Shown: positions 43,948-53,386 of the stretch, in pieces | Layout: the number at the start of each line of letters is the position of its first letter | Position numbering within the stretch: position 1 is the stretch's first letter | Source: Longimicrobiales bacterium | GTDB lineage: Bacteria; Gemmatimonadota; Gemmatimonadetes; Longimicrobiales; RSA9 | Reading direction: 5' to 3' | Assembly: GCA_035461245.1 (NCBI GenBank) | Contig: DATHVP010000062.1 | Location: 3,956 to 67,955, forward strand | Length of the DNA stretch: 64,000 bases | Program-made: the position numbers and the translations under genes | Notes under the pieces: generated by a model | Told to the model about the DNA's origin: nothing | Database searches by the model: none | The model's input: only the letters and a program-made list of their open reading frames with translations

Positions 43948-45761
43948 GTGACAGCCAGTCGCAGCAGCAGCGTCGAACTTCCCGGCGCAGGAACATCGCG
44001 GTCCTCGCCGTCCTCCCCCTGCTGGCGTCGGCGTGCGCCACGGCTGGCGGCACCGGCGCCACGGCCGGCGGAGCGGTGCCTGCCGGGCCGGCCGTGGACA
44101 TGTCCACGACGGCGCCGAGCCCCGATCCCCGCGTGGGCCTGCGGGCCGGTGTCACTGACGCCGGCACAGCTGCATGGAACATGCGCCTCGTAGCGAACCG
44201 ACCGTCGCCGGAGGGTTTCGCCGGCGCCACGAACTCGGACCTGGCCTTCAGCGGCGACCTGGTCTACCAGGGCAACTATAACGGCTTCATGGTCTGGGAC
44301 GCGGCGAACCCGCGTGACCCACGGCTGAAGGTCCGCTACATCTGCCCCGCCTCGCAGAGCGACGTCTCCGTCTACCGCAACCTGCTCTTCGTCTCGGGCG
44401 AGGGTCAGTCCGGCCGCCTGGACTGCGGCGCGCAGGGCGTGCAGGACTCGGTCAGCCATGACCGGCTGCGGGGCATTCGCATCTTCGATGTGACGGACAT
44501 CGAGAACCCGCGCTACATCCACAACGTGCAGACGTGCCGCGGCTCGCACACGCACACGGTTGTGGAGGACCCGCGGGACCCGAACAATGTCTACATCTAC
44601 GTGTCCGGCTCCGCTGGTGTCCGTTCGCCCAGTGAGCTGCCGGGCTGCTCGCGGCTGGCGCCGGACGAGGACCCCAACTCCGCGCTGTTCCGCATCGAGG
44701 TCATCCGCGTGCCGCTGGCGAACCCGGCCCAGGCGGCCATCGTGACGCAGCCCAGGATCTTCGAGGGACTGGCGTCGCCGCCCCGGCGTGACGCCGACGG
44801 CAACCCCGTCGTCAACCCGGACCGCCCCGGCCCCAGCCAGTGCCACGACATCACGGTCTATCCCGCGGTTGGCCTGGCGGGCGGCGCATGCGGCGGCTAC
44901 GGCCTGCTGCTGGACATCAGTGACGTGGTGAACCCGCGCCGCCTGGACGCTGCGGCGGACCACAACATGTCCTTCTGGCACTCGGCCACGTTCAGCAACG
45001 ATGGCAGTGCGGTCCTGTTCACCGACGAGTGGGGCGGCGGCAGCGCGCCCCGCTGCCGGGAGACGGACCGCTACGAGTGGGGCGCCAACGCGCTGTTCAC
45101 CATCGAGAACGGCAGGCTCGTGTTCCAGTCGTACTACAAGATGCCGGCGGCGCAGACGGAGCAGGAGAACTGCGTGGCGCACAACGGCTCGCCCATTCCC
45201 ATCCCGGGCCGCGAGATCAAGGTCCAGGCCTGGTACCAGGGCGGGCTGTCCATCTTTGACTGGACGGACCCCGCCAACCCGGTGGAGATCGCGTACTGGG
45301 ACCGCGGCCCCATGAGCGACGAGCGTCTCATCAGCGCCGGCTCGTGGTCGTCGTACTGGTACAATGGCTACATCTACAGCTCCGAGATCGCCCGCGGCCT
45401 GGACGTCTACGAGATCCAGCCCAGCGGCTTCATCTCGCAGAACGAGATCGACGCGGTGAAGACCGTGATCTGGCCGGAGTACAACCCGCAGATGCAGATC
45501 CGGATGGAGTGGCCGCCGTCGTTCCCGCTGGCCCGGGCGTACATTGACCAGCTCGAGCGCAGTAGCGGCCTGTCGGCGCAGCGCATCGCGTCGGCCCGGA
45601 CGGAGCTGCAGCGCATCGAGCGGATGAGCGCATCACAGCGGGTTGCGCCGTTGCAGGCGCTGGCGACGTCACTGCAGCAGGACGTGGCCGGTTCCCGCGA
45701 CGCCGGCAAGGTCCGGCTGCTGGTGGGCGCGGTGAACGACCTGGCGGCTGCGCAACGGTAA
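43944..45761 (+). CDS. LVIVD-repeat-like beta-propeller lipoprotein
   Basis: ORF 43944..45761. ATGA overlap with the DUF305 stop. Lipobox LLASAC. Repeated propeller-blade segments (NLLFVSGEG, VYIYVSGS, GYIYSSE). Family call made from memory. Confidence 0.65.
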   Translation: MSDSQSQQQRRTSRRRNIAVLAVLPLLASACATAGGTGATAGGAVPAGPAVDMSTTAPSPDPRVGLRAGVTDAGTAAWNMRLVANRPSPEGFAGATNSDLAFSGDLVYQGNYNGFMVWDAANPRDPRLKVRYICPASQSDVSVYRNLLFVSGEGQSGRLDCGAQGVQDSVSHDRLRGIRIFDVTDIENPRYIHNVQTCRGSHTHTVVEDPRDPNNVYIYVSGSAGVRSPSELPGCSRLAPDEDPNSALFRIEVIRVPLANPAQAAIVTQPRIFEGLASPPRRDADGNPVVNPDRPGPSQCHDITVYPAVGLAGGACGGYGLLLDISDVVNPRRLDAAADHNMSFWHSATFSNDGSAVLFTDEWGGGSAPRCRETDRYEWGANALFTIENGRLVFQSYYKMPAAQTEQENCVAHNGSPIPIPGREIKVQAWYQGGLSIFDWTDPANPVEIAYWDRGPMSDERLISAGSWSSYWYNGYIYSSEIARGLDVYEIQPSGFISQNEIDAVKTVIWPEYNPQMQIRMEWPPSFPLARAYIDQLERSSGLSAQRIASARTELQRIERMSASQRVAPLQALATSLQQDVAGSRDAGKVRLLVGAVNDLAAAQR

Positions 45762-45829
45762 GCCGCCGCGCAATGGCGGGCGCCGGCCGGCAACGGGTGG
45801 CGTCCGCTCTTGAACAGACCGGGATGACG

Positions 45830-45864
45830 AACCGGCGCGGGTCCAGTGGCCCCGCGCCGGTTTT
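45830..45864 (+). terminator. Intrinsic terminator after the DUF305-LVIVD operon
   Basis: AACCGGCGCGGG, 9-nt loop, CCCGCGCCGGTT (12-bp stem). The stem's two 3' T residues plus the next two bases form a TTTT run (45861-45864). Confidence 0.7.
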
Positions 45865-45891
45865 CACATGGCGAGCCGGGCTTGATCCCGC

Positions 45892-46197
45892 CTACTTGTC
45901 CGGCCGCACCGGCGTAGCGGCGTCGTCACCCACGACGGTGGTCCACGGCCGCACGCGCCACTCCCGCACCAGCCCGTTCAGCACGTAGGGATCAGCCCGG
46001 GCGAAGTCCTCGGCCACGGCCGGCGAGTCGCCACGGAACAGCAGGACCGTGCCGTCCACGGGCTCGGCCAGCGCCCCGCCCAGGATGAGTTCGCCTCGCT
46101 CCTGGGCAGCCCACGCCAGACCCAGGTGCTCGGCGCGGAACGCAGCCCGTCGCTCGACGTAGTCGGGCGTGACATCGTAGAAGAGCAGGTAATGCAT
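45892..46197 (-). CDS. YciI family protein
   Basis: ORF 45892..46692. Start at the internal ATG 46195-46197: MHYLLFYDVTPDYVERRAAFRAEHL...GGAL...DPYV, a typical YciI pattern. Confidence 0.8.
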   Translation of the reverse strand: MHYLLFYDVTPDYVERRAAFRAEHLGLAWAAQERGELILGGALAEPVDGTVLLFRGDSPAVAEDFARADPYVLNGLVREWRVRPWTTVVGDDAATPVRPDK

Positions 46198-46217
46198 GGA
46201 CACCTCGTCGTATGCGG

Positions 46218-47486
46218 TCAACCGATGATGATGGCGGAGAACACCAGCCCCAGCAGCCCGAACGTCAGCAGGAACATGTAGCTGAAGCCCAGGACCCACC
46301 ACTTGAGCGTCGTGCGGAACCAGCCCTGCCGGTATACGCGCTTCATGGCCAGCCACACGTACGCCATCATCCAGAACACGATGAACGGCGTGGCCGCGCC
46401 CAGAGACAGCAGCAGTATGAGGAAGAACATGAGGAAGAAGAACGCGTGCACGTGCAGCGCGAACACGAAGTGCTCGGCATAATACCGGCCCCGCCGGATG
46501 TAGAGCAGCTTCAGGAACAGCGCGAACACCGGCAGCAGCACGAACATCATGTGCGGCGCGTACTCCAGCAGGTTGGCCAGGAACTGACGCACCGCCTCCC
46601 GCTGGGGCAGGTGCCCGAGCTGCGCCAGCTTCCGTTCCACCGATCGCTCCAGCGGGGAACCCGCCACGTTCCTGCGGACGGTCATGGCCCACGGCTGCAG
46701 CTGGCCACGGGGCAGCGGCGCATCGGCCGCGGGTATCACCGGCGCCGGCGCAGGACCGGGTGCCATGCCCGCCGTGTCCGGACGGACCGCACCGGTATCG
46801 CCCGGTGAGCCGGCGGAACCCGTATCAGGTGGCGTGATGTCCGCGGCTGCGGTATCAGCCGTTGCAACGTCCGGCGTCGCGGTGTCCGGCTGTATCCGGG
46901 CCCGGGCCAGGGACGCCTCCGCCTGCGCAATAGCCTGCCGGATGGCAGGCCGGGCGAGGGCGGGCATGGCCGCCGTATCAACCTGCATCAGTTCGTCCAG
47001 GCGCGCCTCGAGGGCCTGTACGCTGTCGGCCGTCATGGGCGCTGAAGCAGTCTCGGCAGACTGTATGGCCAGCCGGTCCAGTGCGGCGAGCCCGTGGAAG
47101 GACAGCGTCAGGAAGAACAGTACGCTGGACAGCAGGTACAGCCGGAGCGGCGGGATGTAGCGCACCACTCGACCCCGCAGGAACTCGTTGGTGAGGTACC
47201 CCGGCCGGAACAGGATGCCCACCACCGTGCGCGGCAACGCGCTGTTGAGGGCCATCTCGTCGGCTACGACATCGGCGAAGATCACCGGCAGTGACGCCTG
47301 CACGATGGTCTTCCGCTGCCCGCAGGACGGACAGAAGCGGCCGGGCGTGGGGTCGCCGCAGTTGCTGCACGGCGTCTCCGGCGGACTCCAGCGCGAACTC
47401 TTCGAGCGACGTCCCTGCGGACCGTGCCGGGGGGGGGTGTCCTCGTCCCCGGGCGTCGCTCCGCCCGTCGTGGGTGTGTCGGTCAT
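46218..47486 (-). CDS. DUF3667-like zinc-ribbon multi-pass membrane protein
   Basis: ORF 46218..47486. N-terminal CSNCG...GRFCPSCGQ ribbon, then several TM helices. Contains a Pro/Thr/Asp-rich insert. Confidence 0.65.
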   Translation of the reverse strand: MTDTPTTGGATPGDEDTPPRHGPQGRRSKSSRWSPPETPCSNCGDPTPGRFCPSCGQRKTIVQASLPVIFADVVADEMALNSALPRTVVGILFRPGYLTNEFLRGRVVRYIPPLRLYLLSSVLFFLTLSFHGLAALDRLAIQSAETASAPMTADSVQALEARLDELMQVDTAAMPALARPAIRQAIAQAEASLARARIQPDTATPDVATADTAAADITPPDTGSAGSPGDTGAVRPDTAGMAPGPAPAPVIPAADAPLPRGQLQPWAMTVRRNVAGSPLERSVERKLAQLGHLPQREAVRQFLANLLEYAPHMMFVLLPVFALFLKLLYIRRGRYYAEHFVFALHVHAFFFLMFFLILLLSLGAATPFIVFWMMAYVWLAMKRVYRQGWFRTTLKWWVLGFSYMFLLTFGLLGLVFSAIIIG

Positions 47487-47780
47487 CCGGCAACGCTACG
47501 CGTCCCGGCGGACGGCGACAAGCGCCTTCATCTCCGCCGCGGTAGACGAAAGGTGGGTCGGCAGCGGGAAGAAATGAACTGAATCGCGCAAATACTTCCC
47601 GACCCGACAGCCGCTGTGAGCCCGGCGCGCCACCCCCGCAGTCATGCACAACATGTTGTCAGTATTCCGTTTACCACGGGCGCCGTCGGCACTGGCATGA
47701 TGCTCGCCCATCGCTCGCGCGTTCGTACCCGCCTCAAATCGATGCGCCGACAACCGAACCTCGACCCGCGACAGGTCATC

Positions 47781-49583
47781 ATGCTCAAGTGGCTGAAGGA
47801 TCTGAGTGTCTCCCAGACCCTCCTGGCAGTATTCCTGGTGGTTGCGTTCCTGTGCGGCCTGGCCGGTTGGGTCGGCACCCGCGGCATGGCGGAGCTGTAC
47901 GCCCTGGCCGGCGCGGCAGACGGCGTCGATTCCGTGCTGGCGGAGCGTGCCTACACGGGCGCCCGCAACGCGACGTGGCTGATTGTCGCCCTGGCCGTGG
48001 TCAGTGCACTGGTACTGGGCTACATCGTCAGCAACGCCATCACCAATGCGCTGGGTCAGATGCGGGCGGCCGCGGACCAGCTTGCCCGGGGCGACCTGGA
48101 CATCCAGGTGGCGTGGGAATCAAAGGGCGAGGTGGGCATGCTGGCCGAGTCGTTCCGGAACATGGCGGCAGCGCACCGTGAGATTGCGTATGCGGCGGTG
48201 CAGATCGCCAATGGCAACCTGGCGGTGGACGTGCAGCCCCGGTCCGACCGGGACGTGCTGGCCCGCTCGTTCGTCACGCTGCGCGACGCGGTGCGTGACA
48301 TGACGTCCGAGGCGACGTCCCTGGCGGATGCCGCCGCCGCCGGCGACCTGGCTCGCCGGGGCGACCCGGACCGGTTCCGTGGCGCCTACCGTGACCTCGT
48401 TCGTGGCATCAACCGGATCATTGAGGGCATGACCGCGCCGTTGAACGAGGCCGCTACGGTGCTGGACCGCCTGGCGGCCAAGGACCTGACGGTGCGCATG
48501 ACCGGTCAGTATCAGGGCGATCATGCGCGCATCATGTCCTCGCTGAACACGGCCATGGACCACATGGAGGCGGCGCTCTCGCAGATCGCCGCGTCTGCGG
48601 ACCAGGTGGCGTCCGCCGCCGGCCAGGTCGGCGCCGGCAGCCAGACGCTGGCGCAGGGGACGAGCGAGCAGGCCAGTTCGCTCGAGGAGATCTCGGCGAA
48701 CCTGCAGCAGATGACGGCGATGACGAAGCAGAACGCTGCCCATGCCCGGGACAGCGATGGCCTGGCCGGCGCGGCCAGCACCATGGCCCACCAGGGCGTG
48801 GACAGCATGGAGCGGCTGGCGGAAGCGCTGGACAGGGTGCAGGCGTCGTCGGACCAGACGGCAAAGATCGTCAAGACGATTGACGAGATCGCGTTCCAGA
48901 CGAACCTGCTGGCGCTGAACGCGGCGGTGGAAGCGGCCCGTGCAGGGGAGGCGGGGCGTGGCTTCGCGGTGGTGGCGGAGGAGGTCCGGGCGCTTGCCAT
49001 GCGCAGCAGCGACGCCGCGCGGACCACCGCCCAGCTCATCGAGGACTCGGTGACGAGCGTGCGGGGCAGCACGGCCCACAGCGGCGAGGCCGTTCAGCAC
49101 CTTCGCAACATTGTGGAGCACGTGGACCGGGTGCGAGCCGCCGTCGCGGGCATCGCCACCTCGAGCGACCAGCAGAGCCAGGGCATCGCGCAGATTACGC
49201 TGGCCGTGGAGCAGGTGAACGGCGTGACGCAGACGGCGGCGGCAAACTCGGAAGAGAGCGCCAGCGCGTCAGAGGAACTGGCCAGCCAGGCCTACATGAT
49301 GAAGAGCCTGGTGGGCGAGTTCGCGCTGACAGGCGCGCCGCGGCAACGCACCGTACGACCAGTGCTGCGCCCGGCGCCCAGGGGCTTCGCTGCTGCGCGG
49401 GTACCGGGGAGTGCCGGCTTTGGCGGTCCTGCCGGTCACGGCGTGGGTAATGGCGGCCACAGCGGCAATGGCGGCAGTGGCCGGGGCAACGGCTGGCACG
49501 GCGCGGGGCATCGGCTGCTGGATCCGGAGACGGTGATCCCCTTCAGCGACGAGGACGACATGCACACGCTGGAGGAGTTCTAG
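47781..49583 (+). CDS. Methyl-accepting chemotaxis protein (very short periplasmic loop, tandem HAMP region)
   Basis: ORF 47616..49583, start at the in-frame ATG 47781. Two TM helices about 35 aa apart and the highly conserved signalling hairpin ([37 protein letters not shown]). Gly-rich C-tail ending in [15 protein letters not shown]. Confidence 0.9.
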   Translation: MLKWLKDLSVSQTLLAVFLVVAFLCGLAGWVGTRGMAELYALAGAADGVDSVLAERAYTGARNATWLIVALAVVSALVLGYIVSNAITNALGQMRAAADQLARGDLDIQVAWESKGEVGMLAESFRNMAAAHREIAYAAVQIANGNLAVDVQPRSDRDVLARSFVTLRDAVRDMTSEATSLADAAAAGDLARRGDPDRFRGAYRDLVRGINRIIEGMTAPLNEAATVLDRLAAKDLTVRMTGQYQGDHARIMSSLNTAMDHMEAALSQIAASADQVASAAGQVGAGSQTLAQGTSEQASSLEEISANLQQMTAMTKQNAAHARDSDGLAGAASTMAHQGVDSMERLAEALDRVQASSDQTAKIVKTIDEIAFQTNLLALNAAVEAARAGEAGRGFAVVAEEVRALAMRSSDAARTTAQLIEDSVTSVRGSTAHSGEAVQHLRNIVEHVDRVRAAVAGIATSSDQQSQGIAQITLAVEQVNGVTQTAAANSEESASASEELASQAYMMKSLVGEFALTGAPRQRTVRPVLRPAPRGFAAARVPGSAGFGGPAGHGVGNGGHSGNGGSGRGNGWHGAGHRLLDPETVIPFSDEDDMHTLEEF

Positions 49584-50084
49584 ATGGCTGGCGCCGCAGG
49601 TATTACGGCATCAGCGGACGTGCGCTGCCTCGTCTTCATGCTGGGCGACGAGGAGTACGCCGTGGACGTCATGCGCGTCCGCGAGATCGTCGGCCCGCTG
49701 CCGATCACACGCGTGCCTGGCATGCCGGCGCATGTGCGCGGCGTCATCAACCTGCGCGGCAAGGTCATCCCCGTCATGGACCTGCGCACGCGCTTCGGCC
49801 TGGCCGCCACGGACCACGGCCCCCGCACGTGCATGATCGTGCTGCAGGCCGGCGGCACCGAGGTGACGGCCCTCGTGGATCGGGTCTGCGAAGTGGTTTC
49901 CATTGCCGGGGGCGACGTGGAGGAAACGCCGTCGTTCGGCCCGTCCGTGGACACGTCCTGCCTGCTGGGAATTGCGAAGTCGGGCGAGCGCGTGCGCATG
50001 CTGCTGGACATTGATCGCGTCATGGCCGGTGATGACAGGGGGGGCGCCGCTGACCTGTTCGATGCGGACGCGAGCCGGTCCTGA
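49584..50084 (+). CDS. cheW: Chemotaxis coupling protein CheW
   Basis: ORF 49584..50084. CheW domain (LVFMLGDEEYAVDVMRVREIV...INLRGKVIPVMDLR). Confidence 0.9.
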   Translation: MAGAAGITASADVRCLVFMLGDEEYAVDVMRVREIVGPLPITRVPGMPAHVRGVINLRGKVIPVMDLRTRFGLAATDHGPRTCMIVLQAGGTEVTALVDRVCEVVSIAGGDVEETPSFGPSVDTSCLLGIAKSGERVRMLLDIDRVMAGDDRGGAADLFDADASRS

Positions 50085-50908
50085 TGGATCCCGCCGCCGT
50101 GGAATTCAGCCAGGACCAGTTCCACGCCGTGAGCCAGCTTGCTCACGGTGCGTGCGGCCTGAACCTGCACCCGGGGAAGAAGGAACTGGTCCGGGCGCGG
50201 CTGGCCGCGCGCCTGCGCGAGCTGCGGCTGGCAGACGTGGACAGCTACCTGGCCCTTCTCGCCGCTGACGGCACCGGCCGGGAGGCGGCCCGCCTCATGG
50301 ATGTGCTGACCACCAACAAGACGAGCTTCTTCAGGGAGCCGGAGCACTTCCGGTTCCTGTTGCAGCGCGTGGTACCGGAGCTCCTCGTGCCGCGCCGTCG
50401 GCTGCGCGTCTGGAGCGCGGGCTGTTCAACAGGCGAGGAGGCGTACTCCCTGGCCATGGTACTGCGCGCCGAGGTGGGTGACACCGCGGACGTGCGTATC
50501 CTGGCGACGGACGTCTCCAGCCGGGTCATCGAGACGGCGCGCACGGGCGTGTACTCCGCCGAAGCGGTGCGGAGTGTCCCTGTCCTGCTGCGCCAGCAGT
50601 CGTTCCGGCGCGCGGGACGCGATCCCGCCAGCGCCTGGAGTGTGCGCGCAGAGGTGCGCGGCCTGGTCCGCTTCGCTCGCCTGAACCTGATGGATACGTG
50701 GCCCATGCGCGGCCCGTTCGACCTCATCTGCTGCCGCAACGTCATGATCTACTTCGACCGGCCCACCCAGCAGCGCCTGGTCCGGCGGTTCTGGGAGCTG
50801 CTTGCGCCGGGCGGGTACTTCTTCGCCGGCCACTCCGAGAGCTTCGCCGCCCTGGACCACGAGTTCGAGTACGTGCAGCCCGCCGTCTACCACAGGGCGG
50901 CCACATGA
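50084..50908 (+). CDS. cheR: Chemotaxis protein methyltransferase CheR
   Basis: ORF 50084..50908. SAM-binding block RVWSAGCSTGEEAYSLAM and FDLICCRNVMIYFD. Confidence 0.9.
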   Translation: MDPAAVEFSQDQFHAVSQLAHGACGLNLHPGKKELVRARLAARLRELRLADVDSYLALLAADGTGREAARLMDVLTTNKTSFFREPEHFRFLLQRVVPELLVPRRRLRVWSAGCSTGEEAYSLAMVLRAEVGDTADVRILATDVSSRVIETARTGVYSAEAVRSVPVLLRQQSFRRAGRDPASAWSVRAEVRGLVRFARLNLMDTWPMRGPFDLICCRNVMIYFDRPTQQRLVRRFWELLAPGGYFFAGHSESFAALDHEFEYVQPAVYHRAAT

Positions 50909-51447
50909 GCGGTATGGCAGCGAAGGCGGCGGTGCAACCCGGCCGCGCGGACCGTGCGCTGACCGTGGTGGGCATAGGCGAACTGAAGGTCACGGGTGAT
51001 GCGAATGCGCTGCTGGTTACGTACGCGCTGGGGAGCTGCCTGTGCGTCATCGTGCACGACCCGGTGGCGAAGGTGGGAGGACTCCTGCACGCCATGCTGC
51101 CGCGCCGCGAGGGCGACGCCGGCACGGCGCCGGACCGGCCGGGGCTGTACGTGGACAGCGGCATACCCGCCTTGTTCAGGTCATGCTACGAGCTGGGAGC
51201 GCGGAAGGACCGGCTCCGCGTGTGCCTGGCGGGCGCTGCCAGTGTGCATGGCGGCGGCGCCGGGGAAGCGGACGACCATTTCCAGGTGGGCAGGCGCAAC
51301 CTGCTCACGGCGCGTCAGCTCTTCTGGAAGAACAACGTGATGATTCACGGTCAGGATGTGGGTGGCAGTGGATGGCGCACGGTGCAGCTCGACGTGGGTG
51401 GCGGCAACGTCGTCGTGCGCAGCGCGAACGCCGACGTTCAACTCTGA
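50905..51447 (+). CDS. cheD: Chemoreceptor glutamine deamidase CheD
   Basis: ORF 50698..51447. In-frame ATG 50905 (ATGA overlap with cheR). ALGSCLCVIVHDP...GGLLHAMLP. Confidence 0.85.
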   Translation: MSGMAAKAAVQPGRADRALTVVGIGELKVTGDANALLVTYALGSCLCVIVHDPVAKVGGLLHAMLPRREGDAGTAPDRPGLYVDSGIPALFRSCYELGARKDRLRVCLAGAASVHGGGAGEADDHFQVGRRNLLTARQLFWKNNVMIHGQDVGGSGWRTVQLDVGGGNVVVRSANADVQL

Positions 51448-51454
51448 GGTGGGC

Positions 51455-51850
51455 ATGGGGCTCAACGTACTGATCGTGGATGACAGCGCCGTCATGCGCG
51501 CCGTCATCATGAAGACGCTGGGGATGAGTGGTGTCCCCCTCGGCACCCTGTACCAGGCCGGCAATGGTGAGCAGGCCCTGGCGCTGCTGAAGGAGAATCC
51601 GGTGGACCTGATCATGCTCGACATCAGCATGCCTGTCATGCGCGGCGACGAGGTGCTCGAACGCGTGCGCGTCACGCCGGGCCTCGAGGGGCTGCCGGTA
51701 GTAGTCGTGTCCAGCGAACGGTCCGGCGAGCGCATGGACAGGATGAGGGACCTGGGCGCCGAATTCGTGTCCAAACCGTTCGCACCGGAACAGCTTCGTT
51801 CCATCCTGATGACCATGGGTGAACTTCGTGAGGCGATCTGTGCTGAATGA
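51455..51850 (+). CDS. cheY: CheY-like single-domain response regulator
   Basis: ORF 51356..51850, in-frame ATG 51455. VLIVDDSAVMR, DLIMLDISMP, SKPF. Confidence 0.85.
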   Translation: MGLNVLIVDDSAVMRAVIMKTLGMSGVPLGTLYQAGNGEQALALLKENPVDLIMLDISMPVMRGDEVLERVRVTPGLEGLPVVVVSSERSGERMDRMRDLGAEFVSKPFAPEQLRSILMTMGELREAICAE

Positions 51851-52286
51851 TGCGCTGCGGCAGGCCGCCGTCGTGACCTTCGAGCAGCTGGTGTTCGTGC
51901 TGCCGGATACGCCGCCGGACGAGGCGCAGCGGGCCAGGCCCGTCACGGCCGTTGCGCGGATCGCGTTCGCCGGCCCCGCCGCCGGCGAGCTGCAGGTTCG
52001 CGCCTGCCAGGGACTGCTGCCGCGACTGGCGGCGAACATGCTCGGTAACGACCTCGACGATGAGGGCGTTCAACTCGACGCCCTGGGCGAGATCGCCAAC
52101 ATCATCTGCGGCCAGCTCTTCCCGCACCTCGATCCTTACCGCGCGTTCGAGCAGCGGCCGCCACAGGTCACCATCGGTGACGGCGACAGCGCCCTCGCCG
52201 GCAGTGAGCTGGCGGCCTGGGTTGAGCTGGGCCTCGAGTCCAGCCGCGCGGAGGTCGTGCTCTGGCTGACCGCCGGGTCCGAGTAG
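51819..52286 (+). CDS. cheX: CheX/CheC-like chemotaxis phosphatase
   Basis: ORF 51819..52286. The start may instead be GTG 51840. The segment ALGEIANIICGQ resembles the CheX/CheC signature. Position between cheY and cheB supports the call. Confidence 0.6.
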   Translation: MNFVRRSVLNDALRQAAVVTFEQLVFVLPDTPPDEAQRARPVTAVARIAFAGPAAGELQVRACQGLLPRLAANMLGNDLDDEGVQLDALGEIANIICGQLFPHLDPYRAFEQRPPQVTIGDGDSALAGSELAAWVELGLESSRAEVVLWLTAGSE

Positions 52287-52294
52287 AGCCGGCC

Positions 52295-53386
52295 ATGGTG
52301 CGGGTGCTGGTCGTGGACGACTCCGCTGTCGTGCGGCGGCTGCTGGCGGCAACGCTGCAGCGGGAGCCGGACATCGAGGTCATCACGGCCGTGGACCCGT
52401 TCGACGCCCGCGAGAAGGTGCTCCGCTTTGCGCCGGACGTCATCACCCTCGACATCGAGATGCCCAGGATGGACGGCCTGTCCTTCCTCCAGCGGCTCAT
52501 GAAACATCACCCCGTCCCCGTGATCATCGTCAGCTCCCTGACGCCCCGGCGCAGTGATATCGCGGTGCACGCGCTCCAGCTCGGCGCGCTGGAGGTGGTG
52601 GCCAAGCCGGCGGGGCCCGCGGCGGTCACTGACATGGCCGCGCAGTTGCTGCGGGCGGTCAGGGCGGCCGCGGCCGCCGATGTCCGCCACCTCGCCCGGG
52701 GCCACGCCCAGCCGGCAGGCCATCCGTCCCGCGCTCGTCGTGGCGGCGTTGTTTCCGCTCAGGCACGGGATGACGCCGCCGCCGCCGTCGTCGCCATCGG
52801 CGCGTCCACGGGCGGGCCCGTGGCCATTGAACAGGTACTGGCCTCATTCCCCGACGACGGACCGGGCGTGCTCGTGGTTCAGCACATGCCGGCGGGTTTC
52901 ACGGCCGCGTTCGCTCGCCGCCTGGATAGCTGGTGCCGCCTGGAAGTGCGCGAGGCACGCGACGGCGATCTGGTTCGGCCGGGGATCGCCCTCGTGGCGC
53001 CGGGCGGTCGCCACATGGTGCTGCAACGGGATGCCGGCGGTATGGTCGTGGCGGTGCGGGACGGGCCACAGGTGCATTACCAGAAACCGTCGGTGGACGT
53101 GCTCTTCCACTCCGTTGCCGCCAGTGCCGGCGCGGACGCCGTCGGGGTGCTTCTCACCGGCATGGGCAGCGACGGCGCCAGCGGTCTACGCGCCATGAGG
53201 GACGCCGGCGCGCACACCATCGCCCAGGACGAAGCGACCAGCGTCGTCTTCAGCATGCCCGGGGAAGCCATCCGCTTCGGCGGGGCGTGTGAGGTGCTGC
53301 CCCTGCCACGCATCGGCGCTGCCGCAGCCACCGCAGCTACCCCCCGGCCGCGCCGCGCCGGAACTCCCGCGTGCAGGGACTCATGA
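52295..53386 (+). CDS. cheB: Chemotaxis response regulator protein-glutamate methylesterase CheB
   Basis: ORF 52295..53386. REC domain (VLVVDDSAVVRR, DVITLDIEMPRMDG) plus methylesterase domain (IGASTGGP, HMPAGFT, GMGSDGA). Confidence 0.9.
   Translation: MVRVLVVDDSAVVRRLLAATLQREPDIEVITAVDPFDAREKVLRFAPDVITLDIEMPRMDGLSFLQRLMKHHPVPVIIVSSLTPRRSDIAVHALQLGALEVVAKPAGPAAVTDMAAQLLRAVRAAAAADVRHLARGHAQPAGHPSRARRGGVVSAQARDDAAAAVVAIGASTGGPVAIEQVLASFPDDGPGVLVVQHMPAGFTAAFARRLDSWCRLEVREARDGDLVRPGIALVAPGGRHMVLQRDAGGMVVAVRDGPQVHYQKPSVDVLFHSVAASAGADAVGVLLTGMGSDGASGLRAMRDAGAHTIAQDEATSVVFSMPGEAIRFGGACEVLPLPRIGAAAATAATPRPRRAGTPACRDS

Noticed and set aside
47487-47780. Sigma28 (FliA) promoter upstream of the chemotaxis operon.
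   Set aside because: The only GCCGA(C/T)AA-like sequence (GCCGACAA near 47744) has a CAAA only 7 nt upstream instead of the TAAA-N15 spacing.
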